DNA from: Octopus vulgaris | Lineage: Eukaryota | Length of the DNA stretch: 64,000 nt | Direction of reading: 5' to 3' | Assembly (NCBI GenBank): GCA_951406725.2 | Contig: OX597829.1 | Coordinates: 25,730,001 to 25,794,000 of the forward strand | Shown: positions 42,305 to 56,285 of the stretch, piece by piece | Layout: every line of letters starts with the position of its first letter | Position numbering within the stretch: the first letter of the stretch is position 1 | Notes under the pieces: model-generated | What the model was told of the DNA's origin: nothing | Seen by the model: only the letters and a program-made list of their open reading frames with translations | Database searches by the model: none | Translations under genes and position numbers: made by a program

Positions 42305-44444
42305 CACTGGTTTACAAAAATTTGTTTTTGTTCTGAGGCAAGGATGTGAATAGATGTTTTCTTACTAATTTTGATGTAGTGAATTCAATTTCCTGAACAG
42401 TTTTGCTCTATCACCTCTAGTTTTTTTTAATATTTTCACATATCCCATTTATATATATTTCCACATATCCCATTTTAATTATACTACATATAAATTCAAA
42501 ATATAATGTGTTTATTTCATCTATTACAAAAGCATATTACGGGGGAAAAACAGCATAGATACACAACAATGATGGAACTAAATTATTTGGATAATAGAAT
42601 ACACACAAATCATAGTTCAGCAGACAGAAGTGAGTTTTATTGTTTTTCGGACGCTCTTGTGTACTTTGCCTCCGGGATGTCACGCAAGAGCATCCAGCAA
42701 AAGTCCCCTATCATGTTGGGGTTCCACTTGCCTTGATAGTTGCTCTTCATCTTAGTTATATCTTGGTGGAACCTTTCTCCATGCTCATCACTCCGAGCTT
42801 TGGTGGGAAGAAGTTGGGGTCGGAGCGGAGAAAATGAATTTAGAGTGACATTCAGCAACCCCTTCGGCAGAGATCCCACTGGCAGTAGTTGTACTTGACA
42901 GCTTCAAAAAGGTGCTCCATATTGTCATACGACTCCTTCAGATGGACTGAGTAGGCAATGGGAATTCTGAGGTACTTATTCCCATTGTGCAGGAGCACAG
43001 CCTTTAGATTTCGCTTAGAAGAGTCTATGAAAAGACACCAGTCTGGAGAAATTGTGCGGGAAACCAAGGAAGCTAAACAAGCCAGAGACATTTATGCAGT
43101 AGCACAACCTGTTTTCCATGTCGAAGAATGAAGCAAAATCCTCGTTCCATGTCCGGAAACTAGTGATCCTTATATCTGCCTTGACCAGGTTCCACTACTT
43201 AAGCCGGGATGCCAGGAGCTCTGACTGCTGCTTAGATACAAATCACGGGCAAGGTCATTCAGGTCCTCCTGCGTGATCCAGCGGGGCTCATTACCACTTG
43301 CTCCTGAATAAACAGAGACATTGTTTTTAGAAGAGATCGACTTGGCAGAATCTTCTCCTGGAGGCATTTCTTCATCTGATGAAGGAAGAAGATCTTTATT
43401 TGCTGGTGGTGTACGGATAGGAAGATCATCAGAATGAGGAACAGGTTGGGATATTTGATCTTTTTTCTAGAAGAAGCGTTGAAACCTGCTATATTTGTTA
43501 GACAAAAATAACAATAGGCGCAGGAGTGGCTGTGTGGTAAGTAGCTTGCTAACCAACCACATGGTTCCGGGTTCAGTCCCACTGCGTGGCATCTTGGGCA
43601 AGTGTTTTCTGCTATAGCCCCGGGCCGACCAATGCCTTGTGAGTGGATTTGGTTGACGGAAACTGAAAGAAGCCTGTCGTATATATGTATATATATATAT
43701 GTGTATTTGTATGTGTGTGTGTTTGTGTGTCTGTCCCCCTAGCATTGCTTGACAACCGATGCTGGCGTGTTTACGTCTCCGTCACTTAGCGGTTCGGCAA
43801 AAGAGACCGATAGAATAAGTACTGGGCTTACAAAGAATAAGTCCCGGGGTTGATTTGCTCGACTAAAGGCGGTGCTCCAGCATGGCCGCAGTCAAATGAC
43901 TGAAACAAGTAAAAGAGTAAAGAGCAAGAGTAATCATTTGCATGTGTTCATAGCTCTCTCCAGACCACCGGGACAGGAAAGTTGAAGGTTGCTTTCTTGA
44001 TGTTAAATCATGCAGTTAGTCCATTGTAGCAGGGTTTACAACAGACATGTGGGGCCCAGGATTTATCTTAATCTCCAATTGTAGTCAAAATAATGAAAGT
44101 AGCAAGCAGTTCTAAGAAGGGAAGTAATTGTTCGGCACTCTGCGACTGTCGTGAAATCCCCACACACATAGCAGAATGAATTTGCCTTGTTAATGCATCC
44201 TCGGTGTTTTGAAGTGTCTGAAGCCATAGTAGTGATATGTATCATATGTATCACGAAAATCTGGAAAACAAAATAAAAATTGATCATTTATATGGTTACA
44301 TGAATTGTCACAAAATCATAATAATGTATATCTCAAAAACTAGAGGTGATGAGTGAAAACTGGTCTTGTATCTGAAATCAGCACCCCAAAATTAGGCTAG
44401 AACAACTATTTTTATGTTTGTCACAATTTCTCTGTAAACCAGTG
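42305..44444 (-). mobile_element. Chapaev3-type DNA transposon with decayed, internally deleted transposase
   Basis: Termini CACTGGTTTACA/TGTAAACCAGTG with TTA/TAA flanks; CINKANSFCYVCG, WAPH, CYFC, LFIDSSKRNLKAVLLHNGN and SDEHGERFHQDI..YQGKW..DFCW. Confidence 0.85.
43515..43932 (+). mobile_element. SINE family A (young) inserted in the Chapaev3 transposase
   Basis: Full-length copy splitting the WRE..H.D / CYFC motif. Confidence 0.93.
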
Positions 44445-44677
44445 TAATTTATTGTCTTATTCATTAGACTTGTGTATGCTCAAACACAGCGGTGATAACT
44501 TTCTGAAATAGTGCTCTGAATATGTTATAGTATCATAATGCAGCTAGAGAAGGTAATTTACTTTGCTGATATAGTTTTTGTAGGGTAGCGAACATTTGTA
44601 AAAAATATTACTCATTGTACCCCACCCCGTATCCCGAGAAATTCAGAGGCGCGTCCAAGATTCTCAAATATGGCTTA

Positions 44678-44850
44678 TAGATGTAGGAGTGGCTGTGTGG
44701 TAAGTAGCTTGCTTACCAACCACATGGTTCCGGGTTCAGTCCCACTGCATGGCACCTTGGGCAAGTGTCTTCTACTATAGCCTCGGACCGACCAAAGCCT
44801 TGTGAGTGGATTTGGTAGACGGAAACTGAAAGAAGCCCGTTGTATATATG

Positions 44851-44882
<32 letters not shown>

Positions 44883-45092
44883 AATACGTTTGTGTGACTT
44901 TGTTTGTCACTCCAACATCTCTTGACAACCGATGCTGGTGTGTTTATGTCCCCGTTACTTAGCGGTTCGGCAAAAGAGACCGATAGAATAAGAATTAGGC
45001 TTACAAAGAATAAGTCCTGGGGTCGATTTGCTCGACTAAAGGCGGTGCCCAAGCATGGCTGCAGTCAAATGACTGAAACAAGTAAAAGAGTA
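44678..45092 (+). mobile_element. SINE family A, full length
   Basis: Same structure as the other copies. Confidence 0.92.
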
Positions 45093-45514
45093 AGCATATT
45101 ATTCTTACCTTCGGTATTCGAGAACTATTTTCTTACATTTGTTTTGCATTTATTTGCTTACTCATGTGAGTATGTGTATACGCGCTTATATTATAAATTC
45201 GTTTGTTAATACATGTTATAATACAATCATAAACTCTATATGACAGATATAACGGTGAATTGTGATTAGACCATGCAACAATATTCCACTCCCTTCTCCA
45301 AAACATAAATCAGTAAGAATCTTTCACTGCCAAATTTCTTAGAATTTTAAAAACAAAATTGTATTAAAAACTCGTAATATTTCCTGTATACCTAATTCTA
45401 GAATGGAAGCCGTCTTAGTCATTTATTTAGAATATTTCAAATGACACTTTTTTATGACAGAAAGATTCCTTTTATCATCATCAGCATCATCATCATCATC
45501 ATTATTATTATTAT

Positions 45515-46050
45515 TGAGTGAGAGAGCAGTGCATGTCATCGAAGTGACACTGGGGTAAAATATACGAAGCCCAGTATACCCATCATTACTACCTGTCTGA
45601 TAAGGGTACACCAGGCACATGCATCACAACCATATGTGCGCGACATGGTGATCTCATATCAAGATAAACAACGCATGACCTTGCAGATGGGGCCCAGTTA
45701 GAATTTTCTTCTGGTCGAGTAACCAATTCTGCTCAAAAGGTCCCTGATAAGGGTTGCTTAAGGATGTTGAACAAACCACCCATGTTTCCAGAGGTGAATT
45801 ATTCAAACCCCAAAGAATCCCTCTCAACAAATGGCTATGATGCTCCCCTCACTACTTCTGCTTGTGATCAGAGATGCACATATCGTCAGCCACTAAGGGA
45901 CATGCTCAACTGGTTACGGTCAAACAACTGACAGGAAAATCTGTAGTATTAAGCAGAATATTTGCTGTAGCCCATCTTTTATACCAAGACAAAACAATGT
46001 ACATGATAACACTTCCAATTAGTTAAGATCAGAAGCCATGAGAGTCACTT
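45515..46050 (-). mobile_element. Family D AAT-tailed repeat, copy 2
   Basis: Reverse complement of 32448-32985, flanked by ATT/CAT arrays. Confidence 0.88.
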
Positions 46051-46075
46051 ATCATCATCATCATCATCATCATCA

Positions 46076-46125
<50 letters not shown>

Positions 46126-46421
46126 GCTCCACAACACGCAGCCCGAATCTCGGACCGGGCTGCGTGTTGTGTTCTTGAGCAAGGCACTTTATTTCACGTT
46201 GCTCCAGTTCACTCAGCTGTAGAAATGAGTTGCGACGTCTCTGGTGCCAAGATGTATCGACCTTTGTCTTTCCCTTGGATAACACTGGTGGCGTGGAGAG
46301 GGAGGCTGGTATGCATGGGCGACTGCTGGTCTTCCATAAACAACCTTGCCCGGACTTGTGTCTAGGAGGGTAACTTTCTAGGTGCAATCCCATGGTCATT
46401 CATGACCGAAGGGGGTCTTTA
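46126..46421 (+). mobile_element. SINE family C (5' end rearranged)
   Basis: Homologous to 11938-12250; begins with a short inverted repeat caacacgcagcccg..cgggctgcgtgttg. Confidence 0.8.
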
Positions 46422-46514
<93 letters not shown>

Positions 46515-46618
46515 TTAAAAGGAAGGATTATAAATACGAGAAGACGGATGCAGCATGAAAAAAATTTAAGCTGTTATTTACAACGATGTATTTCCACTTG
46601 GTGAACGTTAAAAAAAAA

Positions 46619-47238
46619 TGTTACAAAAGATCTTTACAGCCGATTGACAACAGCTGAAAGCTCTTTAACGCTAGTAAGGTCATGAATGACAAAACTTCTC
46701 TCATACTGAATACACGCTTCATTGGTCGTGTGGCCGGACATAGTACTGCCCTGTCATTTAAACACCACTCCCTGAACAGAACTGACGGCCCTGTAAGTCA
46801 GGCGCCACTTGGGTGTCTTATCCAGATTAAATCGTCCAACACAGCAGGGAATCCACCTGCATTTCAACACTAGCCACTGACCAACAGGATGTTGGTAACA
46901 GTCTTCAATGTTGATCGAAAGTAATTAAAGTAAAGCCCTCAGATAATGACCCAAGCTGAACGACATCTTAAATGTTTTTTGCCCTCTCATCTGACAATCT
47001 ATATACAGATGGCTTAAAAAGTAAAAGTTCCTTTCAACTTGACTCGCTGATGCGTAGAGAGAGAGAGAGTGCCACTTGTAATGTTTGTAGGTGTGGAATG
47101 TTCTGACCACACAGCCACACACGCACACACACAGAACCACACACACACACACACACACACAAACAAACAAACAAACAAACGCGGCTCATCCTTCAAACAG
47201 TCAATGATCTCATGACAGCTAACACACACTAAAATACA
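46619..47238 (+). mobile_element. Solo-LTR-like repeat, copy 2
   Basis: Near-identical to the reverse complement of 4794-5485; TG...CA ends. Confidence 0.55.
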
Positions 47239-47714
47239 AATAGCTATAAAATTAATAATTTCTAACGTAGACACAAGGCCACAGATTTGGGGGCGTGAGG
47301 TGGAGTTATACCGTTAAGATGGTTCCAGTATTTGACTGGTACTTTATTTTATCGACCCAGATGAATAGGGTCTCAGTGGGATTTGAACGAAAATATGAAA
47401 CCAATGAGCCCGGTTCTAGCATGGGTAGGTGACAAATTTTGGAGAGTTGTAGTTGATTGTATCACTTTCAGAACTGGATTTACTTATCTTATCGATTATA
47501 GGAGAAAAAAGAAATGAAGGTCAAATCAACCAAGGGTTCGATCTCCAAACGTTAAGATTCTTGACTAAATACCACAAACCTCCGTATTCTTGAAAAAAAA
47601 AATGATGCTCTATAATTCCGCCTCCGCTAAAAATACATCGAGATGATGGTTGAGAAAGTGTCAAAATACAATGATTTGGCAATGGTAATAAAAGAATACT
47701 GAATCAGTATGAAA

Positions 47715-48098
47715 GCGAATCAGAATGTAAAGATGGACGAAATGTCGCTAAACAATTCTCCCGGCGTGCTAACGTTTCTGCCAGCTCGCCGCCTTAAAGT
47801 AAAGTTAGAAGAAATGCCGCAAACATTTTTCTTGGCGTAAACGATTCTCCCAGCTCGCCACAGCAATAATAATAATAATAACAATGCTTTCTACTATAGG
47901 TACAAGGCCTGAAATTTGGCGGAGGGAGTAAGTCGATTACATCGACATCAATACTCGGCTGGTACTTATTTTATCAACCTAGAAAGATGAAAGGCAAAGT
48001 CGGCCTCGACGGAATTTTAACTCAGAACGTGAAGACGGCCGAAATACCGCCAAACATTTCGCCCAGCGTGCTATAACGGTTCTGCCAGCTCGCCGCCT
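47715..48098 (-). mobile_element. SINE family B cluster (one full copy at 47885-48098 plus partial heads)
   Basis: Repeated ctgccagctcgccgcctt head sequence. Confidence 0.8.
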
Positions 48099-48163
48099 TG
48101 TGCAATTACAACAGTAACGACGACGATGACGACAAAAAAAAAAAAACAACTACAACAATAATA

Positions 48164-48722
48164 AATGCCCTGATGCAGTACCAGGCAGTGGCTCTCATGG
48201 CTTCTGATCTTAACTGATTGGAAGTGTTATCATGTACATTGTTTTGTCTTGGTATAAAAGATGGCCTACAGAAAATATACAGGTCAATACCACAAATTTA
48301 CTTGTCAGTTGTTTGACCTTAACCAGTTGAGCATGTCCCTTAGTGGCTGACGATATGTGCATCTCTGATCACGAGCAGAAGTAGTGGGGGAGCATCATAG
48401 TCATGTGTTGAGAGGAATTCTTTGGGGCTTGGATAATTCATCTTTGTAAACATGAGTGTTTCATTCAACATCCTCAAACAGCCCTTTTTGAGGGACCTTT
48501 TGAGCGGGATGGGCTATTCGACCTGAAAAAAATTCTAACTGGGCCCCACCTGCAAGGTCATGCGCTGTTTATCTTGATATGAGATCACCATGTTGCACAC
48601 ATATGGTTGTGATGCATGTGCCTGGTGTACCCTTATCAGACGGGTAGTCATGATGGGTATACTGGGCTTCGTATATTTTACCCCAGTGTCATTTTGATGG
48701 CATGCACTGCTCTCTCACTCAA
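48164..48722 (+). mobile_element. Family D AAT-tailed repeat, copy 3 (longest)
   Basis: Same sequence with a slightly longer 5' end; tail drifted to AGT/GGT/AGC. Confidence 0.88.
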
Positions 48723-48938
48723 TAGTAGTAGTAGTGGTGGTGGTGGTAGTAGTAGTAGTAGTAGTTGTAGTAGTAGTAGTAGCAGCAGCAGCAATAGTAG
48801 CAGCAGCAGTATTAGTAGTAATAATAATAATAATAATGAGGAGGAGGATGATGATGATGATGAGGAGGAGGAGGAAGATGATGATGAATTCTTTATTGAC
48901 TATAAAAGGTTTACACCAAGAAAAACAGTAGCAGCAGT

Positions 48939-49029
<91 letters not shown>

Positions 49030-49089
49030 ATGATAAAGATAGCTAGGAAAAATTAAAACCTAATCTTACTGAGTTAAGTCAAATTATTT

Positions 49090-50245
49090 ACGCATCTACC
49101 TGGGCAATTGAAACAAGTTATGTCTTCGAAAAAAAAAAGAAAAGAAAAAAAAGAAAAACAATCTTAAGAAGAAAACCGAATTGGAGAAGTAAAATTGAAG
49201 AAGAATTAATGAGAGAGGAAATATCAATTTTAAATTAACTAATCTTTGGAAATGATGTAAGATCCAGAAAGGAAAAAAAAAAGAGAGAAAATATGGATTT
49301 TTCATCAAGAGAAGAAACACAGAAACAAAATGTCCGAGCAAAATGCTCAAAGAATGCGAAGACTTGACAAAAGAAACAATTTTTACAAGCAAAATAAGCT
49401 GCTTACATACAATGTTAAAATATTTTACAGAGACCATGGGAGGAAGAAAATAACCATTCCATGAAAGAAGAAAACTTTTGGAAAAAGATTTAAAGTGATG
49501 AAAAAACATACGATGTAACCGCAGATTGGGTTAGACGCAAAGAAGCATCCTACCAAAATTTACAGGAACAAGCATGAGAAGACATCGCAATAGCAGACAT
49601 AAGGATAACAGTTATAACATTTACAAAAACTCATAAGTGAAAGTCCCAGGGTAAAGATAGGGTACCAAATTTCTTGCTCTCATCGTTCCCGCGCGCAAAC
49701 TAAAAGTTAGTCTAGCTGTTCAATGAAATTATGAGAGATCCTAAGAAAACACAAGGTTGGTTAGCAAATGGTATTACTTATCTACTCCTAAAGAATAATA
49801 AAACCAAAAGTTAAAAAAAAACTATCAGCCCATAACCTCTTTATTCACTACTTATGAAATCTATTCTCGTGAGGAAACATGCATTTATAGAACAGAGCGA
49901 TATTTTCTTCATTGAATAAAAAGGGTAGCGACGAAGTTAATATGGATGCAAAGATCAATCATTAGTTAATCGCATGATCCTTGAGAGCTGTCATAACAAG
50001 CGCAGAAATCTCAATTCCGCATGGATCGATTATAAAAGGGCTTTTGTCAGCATACTGCATCCATGGATCCTGAATTCACTGGACGTCTTCAAAACTTCTG
50101 TAATTTCCAAACTTTCTGAAGCGTAATATGTGATAGAGGAACACGAATCTCCATTCATATCATTCTAATGGAGTTATTTAGCATCAAACAATATTAACAT
50201 GAACTTTGGCATTTTCCAAAGTAACTCACTTTCACCTCCAAATTT
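49090..50245 (+). mobile_element. Decayed R4/Dong-clade LINE RT region
   Basis: KSQGKDRVPNF, GWLANGITYLLPK, NYQPIT, YGCKDQ, AWIDYKRAF and GIFQSNSLSP. Confidence 0.85.
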
Positions 50246-51866
50246 TGCATTTAGTATGTATCAGTTGGAGGAAGAGAGAAGATGCTTATTTTTAGTTAAG
50301 TAGACTAGAGCGACGCGCAATAATATTCTTTGCTCAAGGAAACAACTTGTCGCCTAGTTCAGAAATAAAACTGACGGTCACATAATTATAAATAGAACAC
50401 TTCTAATCGCTAAGTCACACGCCTTCATTGTTTTATTATTTATGGTTGTTAAATGAAAAATGATATTTTCCTGTAATTCTATTTCCCCTTTCCCAATTTA
50501 TATTTGGTATTTTATATTTAGTTATCCTTATTCTAATTATTGACTACATATTATTTCGTTGACTCAGGAAAGATGAAAGGCATAATCCTACTCGGTAGGA
50601 TAATTAATTAAATAATTAATAATAAACATAAAATCACTTTATTTCATATTATATCTTAATTAATTTTAAGACACCACCACGAAAGTATTTCTCGAACAAA
50701 TCGACCCGAGAATTATTTTTCTTAAAAAACTTGATATTTATCCTATCGATCACTTTTGGTGAATCGCTCAGTTACAGGCGGGGACACACACACATACACA
50801 CACACACCACATACATACTGAAACGCGCGCGCGCGCACAAACATTTAACAAATACGATGGATTTCTTTCAGTTTCCAAATCTACTCACAGACCATTTGAT
50901 CGACCAGGGCGATAGTAGAAGACACTTTCCCAAGGTGCTGCGCAGTGGGACTGAACCCGAAATCCATGTTGTTGGGAAGCAAGTTTCTTAAAGATTCAGC
51001 TACAACTGTTTATCGTTTCTGTCTAAATTTCATTTCTGTACAAAGTAGAAAAGTGGATCGTATATATTCGTAAACATTACTCTTTATTATTCTGGATCCT
51101 GGGTAAAGGGTAGTACTCGTGGCCCGTCGCAGGGTTTGCTAGACCAATAAAAGTGAATGCTATAAACGTTCCTCATGTATGTATGTTAGTACTTAGGATA
51201 AAGACACGAACAAGAGTCAGTGAGGTGGATTCCAGACGAGCGATGTTGTGTGAAGAAATAGCCGAGTGTAATAATTAGTGTGGGACCACGAGAGCGTGTG
51301 GGAAACAATATGGGTTATGGGAGAAAGTTCAGGGGAGAGTGGAACAGAAATACTTGATTGGAGGTGAAATTATCCTATCCAAACACATAGCCATATCCCA
51401 TTATATTACCGACCAAACCCCTAATAGGATTTTTCTAATATTGAAAGCATGTGTTCTTGCTGCATTTGAAATACTTATCGAACAAATGTGAATATAGTCT
51501 TTCTTTTCTCTCTCTCTCTTTTTTTTTTTTTTTTTTTGAGATTTGTGTGATAATTAGAATTATTAGCAGTAACACAGTCCGAAGTTTGGGTGTTTGTGCT
51601 AGTTATTTTCATTATCTCATTAATATGTTATCGTTATTGTTATCTTAATTATCTTAATTATCCCACATACATGTCATCTCGTCTCTTCTTATTTACAACG
51701 GAGCTCCACGGTTCAATGTACCCTTCAATAATGTAAGATATTTTCAGTGTAATTTGAGAGAAATGTAGCTGCTATATCAAATAGGTTGAGTGAGAGTGAT
51801 TTGTGTAAGAGCGGGTATGAGATACTTAAGGAATGTCCGATTGGTGGTGAAAGCAACATTTGGTTA

Positions 51867-51903
<37 letters not shown>

Positions 51904-51942
51904 AGCGTGTGTATATGTATATCTACTTACCAACCTCCAAGC

Positions 51943-51981
<39 letters not shown>

Positions 51982-52029
51982 CCTATTTATCTGTCTGTCT
52001 ATTTACATATACATGTAATTTACGTATAT

Positions 52030-52092
<63 letters not shown>

Positions 52093-52248
52093 TTGTGTGT
52101 GTGTTGTGTGGTGTATGTGTATGAGTATGTATGTATGTATGTATTCTATCTCTCTCTCTCTCTCTCTCCGTATATATAGCACCAGGTGGTGCTATTAAGT
52201 TAGACATGGCCTGGGCCAATAATGGCCGAAATCTATCAAAGTATCAAA

Positions 52249-52608
<360 letters not shown>

Positions 52609-53216
52609 GTACACACACAAACATACAAATTTAGGGAATGGAGCAGGTAAAATCCAGAATACATACGTTTCCTAGCTAGCAGAACCTCAGAACTAGGTGA
52701 TGTCAGTGTGATGCAGTGTGACAAGCATGTATCTTTTGAATTACACGTACTATCCTCACGACGAGTTTCTGTATATTTTCCGTCCACCATACTTACAAAG
52801 TATTGGGCAAGCCGAGGCTAAAGAAGATGTTCGTTTATTTTTATTAGATACTGCAAATAAAGGATCCAACAGTGCTCCTGTTTCCCCTACTCTCACCGGT
52901 ATATTCAAGATTTAGTGCTTAGTCACATTCCTCTTTGACAGAATAATTTGCATCGTAATTCTTTTATCTTTCACTTGTTTTCAGTTATTGAATAGCGGCG
53001 ATACTGGGGTATAAGTGTATATATATATATATATATATATTTACTCTTTTACTTGTTTTAGTCATTTGACTGCGGCCTTGCTGGATCACCGCCTTCAAGG
53101 GTTTTAGTCGAAGAAATCGACCGGGGACATAAACACCCCAGCATCGGTTGCCAAGCGATGACGGGGACAAACACAGAGACAAAGACACAAACACACATAA
53201 ATATATACATATACAC

Positions 53217-53277
<61 letters not shown>

Positions 53278-53394
53278 TACATATGTATATATATATATAT
53301 ATATATACATATACATGCATTCATACATACATATTTATATATATATAGTGAGAATTTACAAAAAAAAGGACGAAGACGGGTATTATAAAATGTA

Positions 53395-53479
<85 letters not shown>

Positions 53480-53542
53480 CACACACACACACAATACATT
53501 TCTAAATCTCTAAGAGAGATTTATACAGTAGTAACACGATAA

Positions 53543-53794
53543 AGTGGTGGTATGTTGTCAACTTAGTGTGACAGTCCCATGAAAGGGAATAATGCTGCTG
53601 CTATTTAGCCCTAGGAAGCACCGCTTTCTGTCGGCGTTGACACATTTCCTGTGTCCTTATCTCTCCCCTTGTAAACATAAGGACACAGGAAATGTGTCAT
53701 GGCCGACAGGAAGCGGTGCTTCGTAGGGCTAAATAGTAGTAGTATTACTCCCTTTCATGGGACTGTCACACTAAGTTGACAACGTACCACCACT
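53543..53794. mobile_element. Palindromic MITE (about 118-bp arms, about 16-nt loop)
   Basis: agtggtggtatgttgtcaacttagtgtgacagtcccatgaaaggg... pairs with ...ccctttcatgggactgtcacactaagttgacaacgtaccaccact. Confidence 0.85.
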
Positions 53795-53866
53795 ATATAT
53801 ATATATATTTATATACGCACACATACGTACATACACACACGCACACACAGACGCACATACACACAC

Positions 53867-54192
53867 ACGAAGGGAAGTCAATGATTATCCGCACTTTCGC
53901 CATGACATCTTTATTACTGTCACACTGTCCTCTGCGCATGCGTACTTGTAGTTTGTACTGTTGTGGTCACGTGATCGAAGTTTGAGCCTGATCACACCAT
54001 TTTTCTTTCTGGCTTTACAGTGTAAGCATGGCCATTCCACTAACAATGTGCACCAAAGAAGAACAAAGAGCAGTGATCCGATTTCTCTGGTGGGAAGGTG
54101 TGTGAGGTACTGAAATCCATCGAAGGCTTTTAGCACAATATAGGGACAGTGCACTACCGCGTAGAAGTGTTTATGAGTGAATCGAAAAGTTT
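53867..54192 (+). pseudogene. mariner 5' end and HTH remnant
   Basis: From 54028: MAIPLTMCTKEEQRAVIRFLWWEGV*GTEIHRRL..QY..SAL..SVYE*IEKF. Confidence 0.8.
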
Positions 54193-54508
54193 GGTAATTG
54201 TGGTACATCATCAAAAGGTGAAGATTATTTTAATAAATCAAAATTGCTTGTTGTATGGCATTTAATATACATGTATTTGACTACATTATTCAAATATATG
54301 TCACTGGTACTACTCTGAGTTACTTATTTTGCCTCATATATATATAGATGAGAAAGTTGGTTTGTGAAAGCACGTGGTTGAATATATAGAAAATAGTAAC
54401 AACTGAAAAAACTACAGAAGGCTTGTTTTAAAAGGTTAAAAAATATATATTTGAGTCAATATGTCTGAGGAATATTATAAATTTTTTTCTTACAATGACA
54501 TAGTTTAG

Positions 54509-54548
54509 AAGAAATGACCGGTTTCGCGTTTAGCTTTTCAAATTTCTT
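54509..54548 (-). ncRNA. Minimal type I hammerhead-like RNA with U3-A8 core variant
   Basis: AAGAAAT-TTGAAAA-GC-TAAAC-GC-GAAA-CCGG-TC-ATTTCTT: 7-bp stem I, palindromic stem III and GUC site, inside a TA-flanked unit (about 54345-54556). Confidence 0.6.
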
Positions 54549-54555
54549 ACGTCGT

Positions 54556-54586
<31 letters not shown>

Positions 54587-54781
54587 GGGGGGAGATAGAT
54601 AGATGTACGTTTATATGTATCTATGTACATACATACATACATATATATATTAACTAATTTTAACCCATTTTCTCACAAATTTATATTTTTATTTTTCCGG
54701 AGATTCGGGAAAATTGCCAAAAATCGGCATTTTGAAATTTAGGCACCCTTTTCCCCAATTTCTTCATTTTTTTCACTTTTA

Positions 54782-54836
54782 TCCCTAACCCTAACCCTAA
54801 CCCTAAAACCTTAAAACCCTAACCCTAACCTTAACT
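54782..54836 (+). repeat. Short interstitial (CCCTAA)n telomere-like tract
   Basis: ccctaaccctaaccctaaccctaa plus variants. Confidence 0.85.
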
Positions 54837-55303
54837 TGGAAAATTTTTGGAAATTTTTTCCAGAATCATAATCTCCGTATTTTTCCGCATATTTTGGGAA
54901 AAAAAAAGATAAATAAATTAAAAAAGTTAAAAATGAAAAAATTAGGGAGGTTAATTTCAAAAACCCGATTTTTGCTGATTTTTTTTTTTTTTTTTTTTGC
55001 AGATTCGTATTTTCCGTAGCCGAAAACGGGGCTTTATGTAGAAAAAAAAATCAAATTTATAAAAAGGTATGTTTGGCAGAGGGGTACAAAAGGAAGTCTT
55101 GCCCGTACATTTAAACAACCGGGTTTAAACGAGAACGTAAAAATTAATTGTTATGAAAACTTACTGATTTAAAAGGAACGAAGGTGTAATTCCACCCTCC
55201 CCTTTCCTGTCTGCAGGTGTTGTGGTTTCCGGAAATAATCTTTTCAGTTCATTATAGCCAGTGCTATCGATAGTGTAAAATTCGGCGTTTGGAGGTATTG
55301 AAC

Positions 55304-55711
55304 TTACTCTTTTACTCTTTTACTTGTTTCAGTCATTTGACTGCAGCCATGCTGGAGCACCGCCTATAATCGAGCAACTCGACCCCGGGACTTATTCTTT
55401 TGTAAGCCCAGTACTTATTCTATCGGTCTCTTTTGCCGAACCGCTAAGTAACGGGGACATAAACACACCAGCATCGGTTGTCAAGCAATGCTAGGGGGAC
55501 AAACAGACACACAAACACACAAACACACGCACATATATACATATATACGACGGGCTTCTTTCAGTTTCCGTCTACCAAATCCACTCACAAGGCTTTGGTC
55601 GGCCCGGGGCTATAGTAGAAGACACTTGCCCAAGGTGCCACGCAGTGGGACTGAACCCGGAACCATGTGGTTGGTAAACAAGCTACTTACCACACAGCCA
55701 CTCCTGCGCCT
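55304..55711 (-). mobile_element. SINE family A, full length
   Basis: Shares diagnostic variants with 1505-2002. Confidence 0.93.
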
Positions 55712-55963
55712 GTTTGTTTCTGTAACTTTATATCGTCACGCTGACGTCATTTCAAGTCAACGGACAACCAAAGTTTTGTGAATGGATTTGGTAGACGGAA
55801 ACGGAAAGAAGCCCATCATATATCTTTGTGTGTGTGTGTGTGTGTGCGTGCGCGCACGCGCACCTCTTTGTGTTTGTGTTTGTCACCGCTTGACAACCAG
55901 TCTTCGCTTGTTTAAGTCCGCGTAACTTAACTGTTCGGCAATAGGGACCGATAGAATAATTTC

Positions 55964-56285
55964 GGTACTATTTAAGAAGAGTGGTCCCGGTGCGCGCACT
56001 CGCATACTCGCGCATCCACGCTAGCTAGTCGTGACTTGTCGAGGATCCTTACTTTGTGGTTTTGTGTTTTATTTACTTTGTTTTAAAAATTTATTTAGTT
56101 TGTATTTTTGTGTTTTATTTAATTTGTTTAAAAAATTTATTTACTTTGTGTAAAAAAAATTATTTATTTTGTGCTTTATTTACTTTGCTAGGTAGTCGTT
56201 GTAGGATCGACTAGTCACGACTAGCTAGCGCGGATACGCGACTACGCGAGTGCGCGCACCGGAACCGCTCTTTTTAAATAGTACC
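55964..56285. mobile_element. GG-terminated MITE with long GC-rich TIRs and 8-bp TSD, inserted in a SINE A
   Basis: TIRs ggtactatttaa..gtgcgcgcactcgc..ctagctagtcgtgact (about 78 bp); perfect TSD ataatttc at 55956-55963 and 56286-56293. Confidence 0.88.

Noticed and set aside
48346-48385. CTGACGA...GAAG in family D as a hammerhead
   Set aside because: GAAG instead of GAAA and no stem II adjacent to the core.
54782-54836. Telomere or chromosome-fusion site
   Set aside because: Only a few degenerate units embedded in TE-like sequence; similar runs occur inside the foldback element.
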